From Desulfonatronospira sp. (GTDB taxonomy: Bacteria > Desulfobacterota > Desulfovibrionia > Desulfovibrionales > Desulfonatronovibrionaceae), in NCBI RefSeq assembly GCF_003553695.1, contig NZ_PWFB01000012.1: DNA of 64,000 nucleotides. The stretch is one strand, 5' to 3'. The translations under genes and the position numbers were made by a program. Every line of letters begins with the position of its first letter. Positions within the stretch are counted from its first letter, which is position 1. This document shows, in pieces, positions 1 to 8,623 of the stretch. The notes beneath the pieces are model-generated. The model saw only the letters and a program-made list of their open reading frames with translations. It was not told where the DNA came from and searched no databases.

Positions 1-1131
1 TGAGGTGCTGATAATCTGGATGTTGATATTTTCCTTTTTCAGGGCGGAAAAAGCTATGGCCGCCACCCCGGAATGATTGCGCATGCCCACGCCGATGACC
101 GAAACCTTGGCCACGCCTGCATCGTGCAGTATCTCCCTGGCCCCGATTTTGTCCTTGATTTTCTTTAGTATATTCAGGGTGTCTTCAATACTGCCCTTGG
201 GCACGGTAAAAGTCATATCCGTTCGCCCGCTTTCCCGGCTGGGGTTCTGCACTATCATGTCCACCACTATGTTAGCCCTGGATATAGGCTCAAAAATCCC
301 TGCCGCGCTGCCCGGCGCATCAACTACATCCACCAGGGTTATCCTGGCCTGATCCTTGTCATAAGCCACTCCGGAGACCATTGCAGCTTCCATGCTCTTA
401 TCCTCCTGTACAACTAAGGTTCCCGGATTCTGGGTGAACGTGGAGCGCACATGCACCGGGACATTATATTTCTTGGCAAACTCCACTGAACGGATCTGCA
501 GCACCTTGGCCCCCATGCTGGCCATCTCCAGCATCTCATCATAGGCGATTTTTTTCATCTTCCTGGCCTGGGAGCAGATATTGGGGTCTGTGGTGTACAC
601 CCCGTCCACATCCGTATAGATCTCGCAGACTTCGGCATCCAGGGCCGCAGCCAGGGCCACAGCTGACGTGTCTGAACCTCCACGGCCCAGGGTGGTTATA
701 CGCCTTTCACAGTCGCACCCCTGAAACCCGGCCACCGCCAGCACGTCATAGTTTTTCAGGATATCAAAGATATACTCATGCTCAATATCCAGGATCCTGG
801 CCTTGCCGAAACTGCGATCCGTCTGGATGGGAATCTGAAATCCCAGAAATGACCTGGCCTTTACCCCGCAATCCTTGAGAAGCATGGAAAATAGAGCAAC
901 AGAGGTCTGCTCTCCTGTGGATACAATAACGTCCAACTCTGAGGGATCCGGGCGCTTGGACCATTTTTTAGCCAGATTTATAAGACGATCGGTTTCCCCG
1001 GACATGGCCGACAAAACCACCACCACCTTGTAGCCTTTGTCCAGGGCCTTGAGCACCCGATCCCTGACTTTGAGCATACACTCCACATCAGCCACGGACG
1101 TGCCGCCGTATTTTTGTACTATCACCCGCAT
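1..1131 (-). CDS. lysC: Aspartate kinase (3' end runs off the window)
   Basis: Not in the ORF track; translated by hand: MRVIVQKYGGTSV..., TTLGRGGSDTSAVALAAAL, IYTDVDGVYTTDP, C-terminal ACT region KVSVIGVGMRNHSGVAA. Start overlaps the tsaE stop. Confidence 0.95.
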   Translation of the reverse strand, partial: MRVIVQKYGGTSVADVECMLKVRDRVLKALDKGYKVVVVLSAMSGETDRLINLAKKWSKRPDPSELDVIVSTGEQTSVALFSMLLKDCGVKARSFLGFQIPIQTDRSFGKARILDIEHEYIFDILKNYDVLAVAGFQGCDCERRITTLGRGGSDTSAVALAAALDAEVCEIYTDVDGVYTTDPNICSQARKMKKIAYDEMLEMASMGAKVLQIRSVEFAKKYNVPVHVRSTFTQNPGTLVVQEDKSMEAAMVSGVAYDKDQARITLVDVVDAPGSAAGIFEPISRANIVVDMIVQNPSRESGRTDMTFTVPKGSIEDTLNILKKIKDKIGAREILHDAGVAKVSVIGVGMRNHSGVAAIAFSALKKENINIQIISTS

Positions 1132-1598
1132 ATATTGCTGCTCCTTAACTTTTCCCCCGCCCCGGAAAGATTGATCAAGGCCTCCCTTGAGCCGTTGTAA
1201 AATTTCAGAACAATATCCACCCGGTCCCGGGGTCTTTGCCCCTCAGGCAGAAAATCACCCCATTCCACCAGAATCAGCCGATCCACCCCAGCCAGAAGTT
1301 CCTCCACGTCCTGGTCAGCCTTCAGGCCCTGCAGCCTGTATAAATCCACATGCAAAGTCTCGGGACGGGTGGGATAAATATTGGCCAGATTGAAGCTGGG
1401 ACTGCTGACCTCGGCATCTTCACCCCCGGGAAGGGCGGAAACAATGCCGCGGATCATGGTGGTTTTGCCCGTGCCCAGATCCCCGCAAAAAAAGACTGCC
1501 GGGAAAAAATCCCGGCTGGTAAAATAAAGGCCCATTTTTCTGCCCAGCTCAATAGTGGCGGCCTCATTGGACAAAATTAAAGATATAACAGAAGACAC
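1122..1598 (-). CDS. tsaE: tRNA threonylcarbamoyladenosine biosynthesis ATPase TsaE (YjeE)
   Basis: GDLGTGKTT P-loop, VSSPSFNL, HVDLYRL, LVEW motifs; 158 aa. Confidence 0.93.
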   Translation of the reverse strand: MSSVISLILSNEAATIELGRKMGLYFTSRDFFPAVFFCGDLGTGKTTMIRGIVSALPGGEDAEVSSPSFNLANIYPTRPETLHVDLYRLQGLKADQDVEELLAGVDRLILVEWGDFLPEGQRPRDRVDIVLKFYNGSREALINLSGAGEKLRSSNICG

Positions 1599-1615
1599 GT
1601 AATAAAACCAGCCGG

Positions 1616-2080
1616 CTACATCTTGTCCTTGGAACCCACCAGGGTCTTGAGAACATCGGACTTGCCCACCACCCCCACCAGCTTGCCCTCTTCGGCCACC
1701 GGCAGGGTATGATACTTTTGATTTACCATGATCTCGGCCAGATCTTCAAGAGAAGTGTTTCTTTTGACCGCCAGGGGGTCAGGGGTCATGGCGTCTTCAA
1801 CTCTTGTGGCTGCAATCTTTTTGATCTCCCTGTCCATTTTTGCTGTTGAACCAAGAGGGAGGATGCTGTCCAGCACGGTAAACATGGAGGGCAAAGGGAT
1901 CTTCTTCTGCATGGCCACCAGGTCGCTCTGGCAGATTATACCCACCAGATTGTCCTCCTGGTCCACCACCGGAATGCCGTTGATGTTTTTCTCCAGCAGA
2001 AGGTGGATAGCCTCGGATATATCCGTATCCGGATGAACCCTGATGGGATCTCTGGTCATCAAGTCTTCAGCAGTTGTCAT
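1616..2080 (-). CDS. CBS domain pair protein
   Basis: Two CBS repeats (DLMTRDPIRV..IPVVD..LVGII; DAMTPDPL..LPVAEEGKLVGVV). Confidence 0.9.
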   Translation of the reverse strand: MTTAEDLMTRDPIRVHPDTDISEAIHLLLEKNINGIPVVDQEDNLVGIICQSDLVAMQKKIPLPSMFTVLDSILPLGSTAKMDREIKKIAATRVEDAMTPDPLAVKRNTSLEDLAEIMVNQKYHTLPVAEEGKLVGVVGKSDVLKTLVGSKDKM

Positions 2081-2110
2081 TTACACTCCCCCGTGTTTAG
2101 CATGCCATTA

Positions 2111-3688
2111 CTAACAGAAGAAAAAAACCTTGTCCTCGTGCTTCCCGCCCCTGTACCTGGCCAGAACCCCGGGAAGAGCGTCCGCGATCTCCCTGGCCAG
2201 GTTGCCCCTGCAGGGATAGATCTTTTCAAGATCTTTGCCGGCGAGTCCATGCCAGTATACTCCCAGGCTGGCCGCATCCAGTGTTCTCATGTTCTGTGCC
2301 ATGAGACTGCCGATAATGCCGGACAAAACATCCCCGGACCCTCCTACAGCCAGGTTGGGAGTGGCAAAGGGTGAGATATAAAAATGCTGATCCACTCCGG
2401 CAATAAGCGTGGATGCTCCCTTGAGCACCAGATTGAGATTGTATTTTGCGGAAAATTCCTGGACATAGCGGCTCCTGTCCTGGTTGATCTGGGCTGCAGA
2501 AACGCCGAAAAACCTGGACATTTCCCCGGGATGAGGCGTCAGGACCACTTCACTGGATCCCGAAAGCCTGTTCATGAGGGAATCGTCCCCGGCCAGAAAG
2601 TACAGGGCATCAGCATCAAAAAGGGTCCTGGGATGAACATCCTCCAGGTAAGCACTGAAAAAAGCCCTGGTGTCATCATCACGGCCCATGCCAGGGCCCA
2701 CCACCACCGCATCGAAACGCGTCAATTCATCCTTTATCTGGCTGAACATTTCGCGACGCCAGTGAAAGCCTTCACCCAGGGGAATGGTCATTATCTCGGG
2801 CCAGCCGCACCTTATGTGCCGTGCAAGATCAGCCGGGCAGGCCAGGGTCACCAGACCGGCACCAGCGCGCAGGGAGCCCAGGCAGGTCAGTACAGCCGCC
2901 CCGGAAAGGGCCTGGGACCCTCCCAGGACCAGAACATGCCCTCCTTCTCCCTTGTGCATGGTTCGTCTGGGCATCTCCAGCCTGTTCAGGATATCAATAT
3001 CCAGGACATAATGTTTTGGAGGGCTGTCTTCTTTTATTTTCTGCGGAATGCCGATTTTTTTTATGCTCAGGCAACCCACGTACTCCCTGGCCTCAGGCTG
3101 CATAAGACCCAGCTTGGCCTCTTCAAAGGCCACGGTATCATCGGCTTTGACCGCTACCGGACTGGGCTCGCCCGTGATGCCGTTAATACCGGAAGGTATG
3201 TCCAGAGAAATTACATAAGCCCTGGCCCCCACCTTGTTGATGGCCTTTATCCAGCGAACGCAATCCTGGCTTAGCTCCCCTGTAAACCCCGTGCCCAGCA
3301 GGCCGTCGACAATAATGTCCACATCCTTGATAAAATCAAAGTTGTATTCAGAAAGATGTGCGTAGGGAATTTCCAGCTTGCGCAATACTGAAAGGTGATA
3401 CCCGGTGGCACCGTCATATTCTTTGAGCCTTTTGGAGTGCAGAGTCATGACCTTGACCCCGCTGTTCCACAGGTGCCTGGCCAGGGCAAAGGCATCCCCG
3501 CCGTTATTGCCGGAGCCAGCGAAAATCAGAGCGGTACGCCCGGAAAGATCCGAAAATCTGCTTTTGATCTGACTGAAGGCCTCGCGGCTGGCGTTCTCCA
3601 TTAGCAGTTCCGGCCTGAGATGAAAATCATCCATGCTTCTCTTGTCCCAGGCAGCCATTTCCCGCGGAGTGGGCAGGGGGAGATACAT
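2111..3688 (-). CDS. nnr: Bifunctional NAD(P)H-hydrate epimerase/dehydratase (YjeF)
   Basis: ELLMENAS, GSGNNGGDA, DGLLGTG, SLDIPSG; kinase-like domain VVVGPGMG, DADAL, LTPHPGEM, LAVGGSGDVLSG. Confidence 0.95.
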   Translation of the reverse strand: MYLPLPTPREMAAWDKRSMDDFHLRPELLMENASREAFSQIKSRFSDLSGRTALIFAGSGNNGGDAFALARHLWNSGVKVMTLHSKRLKEYDGATGYHLSVLRKLEIPYAHLSEYNFDFIKDVDIIVDGLLGTGFTGELSQDCVRWIKAINKVGARAYVISLDIPSGINGITGEPSPVAVKADDTVAFEEAKLGLMQPEAREYVGCLSIKKIGIPQKIKEDSPPKHYVLDIDILNRLEMPRRTMHKGEGGHVLVLGGSQALSGAAVLTCLGSLRAGAGLVTLACPADLARHIRCGWPEIMTIPLGEGFHWRREMFSQIKDELTRFDAVVVGPGMGRDDDTRAFFSAYLEDVHPRTLFDADALYFLAGDDSLMNRLSGSSEVVLTPHPGEMSRFFGVSAAQINQDRSRYVQEFSAKYNLNLVLKGASTLIAGVDQHFYISPFATPNLAVGGSGDVLSGIIGSLMAQNMRTLDAASLGVYWHGLAGKDLEKIYPCRGNLAREIADALPGVLARYRGGKHEDKVFFFC

Positions 3689-3829
3689 AATGCCTTTCTC
3701 CTGTTGATATTAATGAAACATTTTATCCAAAACCAGGCTGTCCGTGGTTATACAGTAAGCTGAACCAGTTGTAACTGTTGGCTTTCAATTATTATCTGGA
3801 CCCCGATATCCATTAACAGGAGCAAGTAT

Positions 3830-3957
3830 GATGTGACTGCAAAAAGTCGTTTTTGCAGTCACGGACATCAGAGGTCAGAGATCAGAGGTCAGTAAAAACA
3901 GTTATGAATCTTTTTGATTCCTGAATTATTCATTACCCGACTTTTTGCAGGTGCATC
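3830..3957. mobile_element. 128-bp MITE-like element with 20-bp terminal inverted repeats and 6-bp direct repeat AAGTAT
   Basis: Left GATGTGACTGCAAAAAGTCG (3830-3849) vs reverse complement of right end GATGCACCTGCAAAAAGTCG (3938-3957), 17/20; AAGTAT at 3824-3829 and 3958-3963; internal 13-bp stem hairpin 3833-3862 and heptamer array 3868-3892. Confidence 0.75.
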
Positions 3958-3993
3958 AAGTATAAACACTGAGGTGGGCTGGACAGTTACTGG

Positions 3994-4719
3994 CTATTTT
4001 GAAAAACCTCGGATGATATCGTTCATCTGCTCCACGGCCCTGACCATGCCAACCATAACAGCCCTGGCTATTATGCTGTGGCCGATGGAATATTCACAGA
4101 CATTCTCCGCTCCGGAAAAGGCCAGTATGTTCTGATAGTTCAGTCCGTGGCCCAGGTTGACCTTGAGCCCCAGTAAGTGGGCGTGCCTGATCCCGGCCAG
4201 GATTTTCTCAAGTTCTTTCTTTTTTGCCGGGGAATCAGGGGCGTCCGCATAATGACCAGTATGAATTTCTATATATTCGGTACCGCTGGCTGCAGCAGCT
4301 TCAATCTGGTCCGGGTCCGCGTCAATAAACAGGCTGGTATGGACATTTCTTTTTTTGAACGGTGCCAGGTAGTCCCGGAGAAAAGCCTCACGCCCTCTGC
4401 ACTCCAGGCCGCCCTCTGTGGTCAGCTCCTCGCGCTTCTCCGGGACCAGGCAGACCATGTGCGGCAGCACATCCAGAGCGATGTTCTGCATCTCCTCTGT
4501 TGCAGCCATTTCCAGGTGAAGATTGGCTGTAAGAGTGGATTTGAGGAGACTCAAATCCCTGTCCTGTATATGCCTGCGATCCTCCCGCAGGTGAACGATT
4601 ATGCCCTGGGCACCGCCAAGCTCAGCCAGGTGGGCAGCTGTGACGGGCTCGGGCTCGCTTCCCATGCGGGCCTGCCTTAGAGTAGCCACGTGATCAACAT
4701 TTACTACCAGTACCGGCAT
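3994..4719 (-). CDS. pdxJ: Pyridoxine 5'-phosphate synthase
   Basis: [44 protein letters not shown]; start moved to ATG 4719 behind an AGGAG RBS. Confidence 0.96.
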   Translation of the reverse strand: MPVLVVNVDHVATLRQARMGSEPEPVTAAHLAELGGAQGIIVHLREDRRHIQDRDLSLLKSTLTANLHLEMAATEEMQNIALDVLPHMVCLVPEKREELTTEGGLECRGREAFLRDYLAPFKKRNVHTSLFIDADPDQIEAAAASGTEYIEIHTGHYADAPDSPAKKKELEKILAGIRHAHLLGLKVNLGHGLNYQNILAFSGAENVCEYSIGHSIIARAVMVGMVRAVEQMNDIIRGFSK

Positions 4720-4993
4720 ATGATACTCCTGCTTGATGTGCCTGCTTGATTTATTTACAAAACAGGCCTGGAAAGTAAATAGGTAACATTCTCTTAAGGA
4801 TGCAAAAAAGTCAAGCCTGCAGGCTCCAGCTTGCAGGACATGTCCGGGTTTCATTTCCTCTTGACCGGCAGGATTATATCAGGGCAGTATGAACTGCACA
4901 TCAGGCATGGTCCGGCAGCAGAACCCATAGACCAGAAGACGGAAAAATCAAAGAGGCATGAGATAACATTTATCAGACTGAGCCTGCCTGGGA

Positions 4994-5011
4994 ACTTTTT
5001 GAAGTTGCATC
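4994..5011 (-). repeat. Additional end of the GATGCA-CTGCAAAAAGT repeat family (possible degenerate partner at 4799-4812)
   Basis: Reverse complement GATGCAACTTCAAAAAGT matches the 12722 copy at 17/18. Confidence 0.55.
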
Positions 5012-5086
5012 ATGTCTGAAAATTGATATCTTGTTTTTTTAATCCTGCAGCTTTATCCGGCTGCGTAATACAAACCGGAGGTAGCC

Positions 5087-5287
5087 ATGACCACGATAAA
5101 GATAGAAGGCATGTCATGCGGACATTGTGTAAAAGCTGTAACCGATGCCCTGAACAACATCCCCGGAGTGTCCGGTGTCCAGGTCAGCCTGGAACATGGG
5201 CAGGCAGAATTTAATGCCGGAGATGATCTGGATATGGCAGCGGTAAAAAAGGCGGTGGAAGACGCCGGCTACAAAGTGGTGGACTGA
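5087..5287 (+). CDS. copZ: Heavy-metal-associated (HMA) chaperone, CopZ-like
   Basis: 66 aa, IEGMSCGHCV (MxCxxC), ends AVEDAGY; GGAGG RBS. Confidence 0.88.
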   Translation: MTTIKIEGMSCGHCVKAVTDALNNIPGVSGVQVSLEHGQAEFNAGDDLDMAAVKKAVEDAGYKVVD

Positions 5288-5329
5288 AGTTTTGTCCTAA
5301 AATGTGTAAATACAACTGCGGAGCAATCA

Positions 5330-5836
5330 ATGCAGACCAGAGAAGATAAAACCAGAGAGGCCATCAAGGACCTTTCACGGGTATTTCAGTTTGAGCTGTG
5401 GCTCAGATTTTATTTTATCCATGATGATGAAGGCAGGCTTTCCATTAACCTGGATGAGGAAACGCTGCAGAAGATGGAGGAAAAATACGGGCATCTGGGC
5501 CAGCTGGCCAGAACCCTCACTGGGAAGGAAATTACTCCTGAAACATGTCGTCAGACAATTGTCGAGCACATCATGCATCAGTTTGACGGAACAAAGTACG
5601 ATGTGGGCCATGTGCCCCGGATGATGGATCATGCAGTGTTCAAGGGCGAAATTCAGCTTTTCAACACCTGGGCCGGCCTGCACGAAGAGCAGCTGGACCG
5701 CAAGGTCCTGGATTTTGAGAAGTGGATTGAGATTTATGAGGAGTGGAAATCCAGCGAAAGCGCCCAGAAAGTAAATCTGGCCCTGAACATCCAGGATGCT
5801 GAACACCACCACCCTGGATCGGACAAGACAAACTGA
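5330..5836 (+). CDS. Hypothetical protein, 168 aa
   Basis: GGAG RBS, globular protein-like composition, 42 nt after copZ; no recognised motif. Confidence 0.75.
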   Translation: MQTREDKTREAIKDLSRVFQFELWLRFYFIHDDEGRLSINLDEETLQKMEEKYGHLGQLARTLTGKEITPETCRQTIVEHIMHQFDGTKYDVGHVPRMMDHAVFKGEIQLFNTWAGLHEEQLDRKVLDFEKWIEIYEEWKSSESAQKVNLALNIQDAEHHHPGSDKTN

Positions 5837-5923
5837 AGTATCAGCGACTTTAGCGACGACTTCTGTCGCGCGTCCTGCCACGGGCTTCGCGTGACAGAAC
5901 TAACTTTTTGCAGGCGCGTTTTG

Positions 5924-6466
5924 TCATTTCTTTTCCTGCTTTTCCAGGGCCTCTTGAACCAGATCCGCCATTTCCCGGGCATTAAGCTCATCTCCTCTTT
6001 CCTGTCTGGCCAGGATGAGGTTTATCTCTCTTTGCACCATGGGCTTGCGGATATCATAATATAGTTTCCAGTTTTCCAGAGCTCCCTGGTCATCCCCCAG
6101 CCTGGCGCAGGCCAGGCCGGTATAAAGCAGGGCAAAATTGTCCCTGGGCCTGAATCCCAGCAGCTTTTCCCAGGACTGCCTGGCCCCGGCGTAATCCCCC
6201 TGCATGAAATGGCAGTACCCCAGGTTGGGCATGGCCTCCAGATGCCTGGGTTCTTTCTTGAGCCTTCTTGAATACAGGTGAGCAGCCTTGTCGTACTGTC
6301 CCTCCCTGAGCAGCCTGTCAGCGTAAACCATGTCCGGATCAACTCCGCTGGACTTCTTTTCCAGGGAGTCCCCCCGAACCTTCTGAAACAGGCCCTGGAA
6401 AAGATCCCTTCGGGATATTTTGCGGTCTTTACCGGTCCTGTGATCCTTTATCGATCTTGATGTCAT
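5924..6466 (-). CDS. Tetratricopeptide repeat protein
   Basis: TPR-like units (AMPNLGYCHFMQGDYAGARQSWEKLL; ALLYTGLACARLGDDQGALENW); GGAG RBS. Confidence 0.8.
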   Translation of the reverse strand: MTSRSIKDHRTGKDRKISRRDLFQGLFQKVRGDSLEKKSSGVDPDMVYADRLLREGQYDKAAHLYSRRLKKEPRHLEAMPNLGYCHFMQGDYAGARQSWEKLLGFRPRDNFALLYTGLACARLGDDQGALENWKLYYDIRKPMVQREINLILARQERGDELNAREMADLVQEALEKQEKK

Positions 6467-6584
6467 TTCGGTGTGAACTCCTGCAGGACGCTCCTGGAAA
6501 ACTGACTTTTTTCCAAGCGCGTCCTGCTGATGACAATTTTGCAGATATGGTAAAACTCCTGAACGGCTTGTAGATTGCAGGGGC

Positions 6585-6613
6585 TTGATTTTTTATCCAC
6601 TCTGCTTTATATT
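6585..6613 (+). promoter_or_regulatory. Putative sigma-70 promoter of tRNA-Pro
   Basis: TTGATT-17 nt-TATATT ending 10 nt before the tRNA. Confidence 0.55.
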
Positions 6614-6623
6614 TTTAATCTAT

Positions 6624-6701
6624 CGGGATGTGGCTCAGTCTGGCTAGAGCGCAGCGTTCGGGACGCTGAGGCCGCAGGTTCGAATCCTGCCATCCCGACC
6701 A
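6624..6701 (+). tRNA. tRNA-Pro (anticodon CGG)
   Basis: Acceptor CGGGATG/CATCCCG, anticodon arm CAGCG-TTCGGGA-CGCTG, T-loop GGTTCGAATCC, encoded CCA. Confidence 0.97.
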
Positions 6702-6801
6702 CCGTTCATCCTCACCTAACTGTCTTCCTTTTATCTACCCCGGCTCATGCAGGCTGGAGGGAGAAAATCCACAAACGGTCGATAATCCGCGTTTAAAAGC
6801 T

Positions 6802-8172
6802 TCAAATACGCTCTTGCGCCCCATTTTCCAGACCGTTTAAGACCGGCTTTCTGCCCATGCAGAAATAAGAAAAGCCCATCTCTTCCAGCATCCGTGGAGG
6901 ATACAGGTTGCGTCCGTCAAATATCACCGGCAACTGCAGCCGGGCTTTTATGCGCTTGAGATCCGGATTTCTGAACTGATTCCATTCCGTGACCACTGCC
7001 AGCGCATGGGCGCCCTGAAGCACTTCATACTGGTCCTCAAGCACCTTTACGCTGGAGTTATCCTGCAGCAACCGGGAGGCGTTTTTACCTGCCTGAGGAT
7101 CATACGCTTTTATTAACATGCCCCTGGATGTAAGTTCTTTTATGATCTCCAGGGACGGGGCCTCGCGCACGTCGTCGGTATTGGCCTTGAAAGCCAGTCC
7201 CCACAGGGCCAGGGTCTTGCCCTCCACTCCCCCCAGCCCTGAAAAGTAATCCTGCACCTTGCGGGCCAGCACCTTCTTCTGAAAACGGTTGACCTCCTCC
7301 ACAGCTTGAAGAAGGCCCGGAGTGTACTGTTTTTCATGGGCGGTATTGATAAGGGCGGAGACGTCCTTGGGGAAGCATGAACCCCCAAAGCCCACCCCGG
7401 GATAAATAAAATGATATCCTATGCGGTGATCAGAGCCGATCCCCCTGCGCACATCGCTTATATCAGCTCCCACCTTTTCGCAGATGTTGGCTATCTCGTT
7501 GATAAAGGAAATCTTGGTGGCCAGCATGCAGTTGGCTGCATACTTGGTCATCTCGGCGCTGCGCACCCCCATGACCATCATCTTGTCCCGGCTGCGGGCA
7601 AAGGGCGAGTACAGCACTTTCAAAAGTTCCGCAGTGCGGATATTGTCTGTGCCCACAATGACCCTGTCCGGTTTCATGAAATCGGAAACCGCGTCCCCTT
7701 CCTTGAGAAACTCCGGGTTGGAGACCACGTCGAATTCCAGCTCCAGGCCCCTTTTGTCCAGTTCGGCCTGGATGAGCTCGCGCACCATATCCGCCGTACC
7801 CACAGGTACCGTGGACTTGTCCACCACGATTTTGTAGTCCTGCATGTTGCGGCCCACATCCCTGGCCACCTGGCGCACAAATCCCAGGTCCGCCCGGCCG
7901 TCTTCTCCGGGAGGGGTGCCTACACAGATGAACACGAACAGGCAGTTGTCCAGGCCTTCACTAATATCAGTGGTAAAATGCAGCCGGCCCTGGTCCCTGT
8001 TTCTGCGCACCAGTTCCTCCAGGCCGGGTTCGAATATATGCACCCGCCCCTGGTTCAGAGTCTCCACCACTTCCGGGTTAGCGTCCACGCAATAAACGTT
8101 GCTGCCCATCTCCGCAAAGCAGGCCGCGCTCACCAGCCCCACATACCCAGTACCCACGATGCAAATATCCAC
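6802..8172 (-). CDS. ugd: UDP-glucose/GDP-mannose 6-dehydrogenase
   Basis: GTGYVG Rossmann motif, FICVGTP, KSTVPVGT, SNPEFLKEG, GFGGSCFPKD, GLAFKANTDD; GTG start. Confidence 0.95.
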   Translation of the reverse strand: MDICIVGTGYVGLVSAACFAEMGSNVYCVDANPEVVETLNQGRVHIFEPGLEELVRRNRDQGRLHFTTDISEGLDNCLFVFICVGTPPGEDGRADLGFVRQVARDVGRNMQDYKIVVDKSTVPVGTADMVRELIQAELDKRGLELEFDVVSNPEFLKEGDAVSDFMKPDRVIVGTDNIRTAELLKVLYSPFARSRDKMMVMGVRSAEMTKYAANCMLATKISFINEIANICEKVGADISDVRRGIGSDHRIGYHFIYPGVGFGGSCFPKDVSALINTAHEKQYTPGLLQAVEEVNRFQKKVLARKVQDYFSGLGGVEGKTLALWGLAFKANTDDVREAPSLEIIKELTSRGMLIKAYDPQAGKNASRLLQDNSSVKVLEDQYEVLQGAHALAVVTEWNQFRNPDLKRIKARLQLPVIFDGRNLYPPRMLEEMGFSYFCMGRKPVLNGLENGAQERI

Positions 8173-8404
8173 CCATCAACTCCTAAAATATATTTTTGCC
8201 CGGAAAACTGTCCACAGTCACTACTGGCAAAGCATCCATATCAGTTTCTTAGTTTTCATCTGGAAACGGTTCTTTTTCCCTTTGGCGGTGTCAATCTGCA
8301 CAATTATTCGTCAACGTATTAAGATACGCCTCCTCATAATTGCTTGATTTCCTTGCCAAAAGAAAAAACTCCTCGTTTCCAGAAAGAAAACCATCAGTTT
8401 TTAG

Positions 8405-8431
8405 CATCCGGAAATAAAGAATTTCCGGATG
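8405..8431. promoter_or_regulatory. Perfect 11-bp inverted repeat, candidate regulator/enhancer site
   Basis: CATCCGGAAAT-aaaga-ATTTCCGGATG in the AT-rich ugd/bioF divergent spacer. Confidence 0.5.
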
Positions 8432-8596
8432 GAAACTTCTTAACTGAAAAACATCCGCCTGTAAAAGGTGTTTTGCCGCATGCCTTCGCTGAGATTATAA
8501 TATTGCGGTCAAAAGTGAACCTTGCCTGTCAGCTCTTTTTCTCCTAAAAAATTGTATAGACCCCTTGCAAGCATGTCTTTTACTTATTTTTCTCCA

Positions 8597-8612
8597 TGGC
8601 ACTCAAGTTGCT
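8597..8612 (+). promoter_or_regulatory. Putative sigma-54 (-24/-12) promoter of bioF
   Basis: TGGCAC-TCAAG-TTGCT, full consensus with GG-N10-GC spacing, ending 11 nt before the ATG. Confidence 0.65.
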
Positions 8613-8623
8613 GGAAGGTTTAA

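Noticed and set aside
3868-3892. Heptamer arrays as CRISPR repeats
   Set aside because: Units are 7 bp and contiguous, with no spacers or cas genes
4831-5019. 62-aa ORF upstream of copZ
   Set aside because: No RBS or motif; it lies between the repeat ends at 4799 and 5011, so it is more likely element interior
6624-6801. tRNA-Pro as an integration site for an island or prophage
   Set aside because: No integrase and no duplicated tRNA 3' end found; ugd follows within 100 bp
8540-8590. BirA operator upstream of bioF
   Set aside because: Only a loose GTATAGAC..GTCTTTTAC dyad; it does not match the TGTxAACC-N14/16-GGTTxACA pattern
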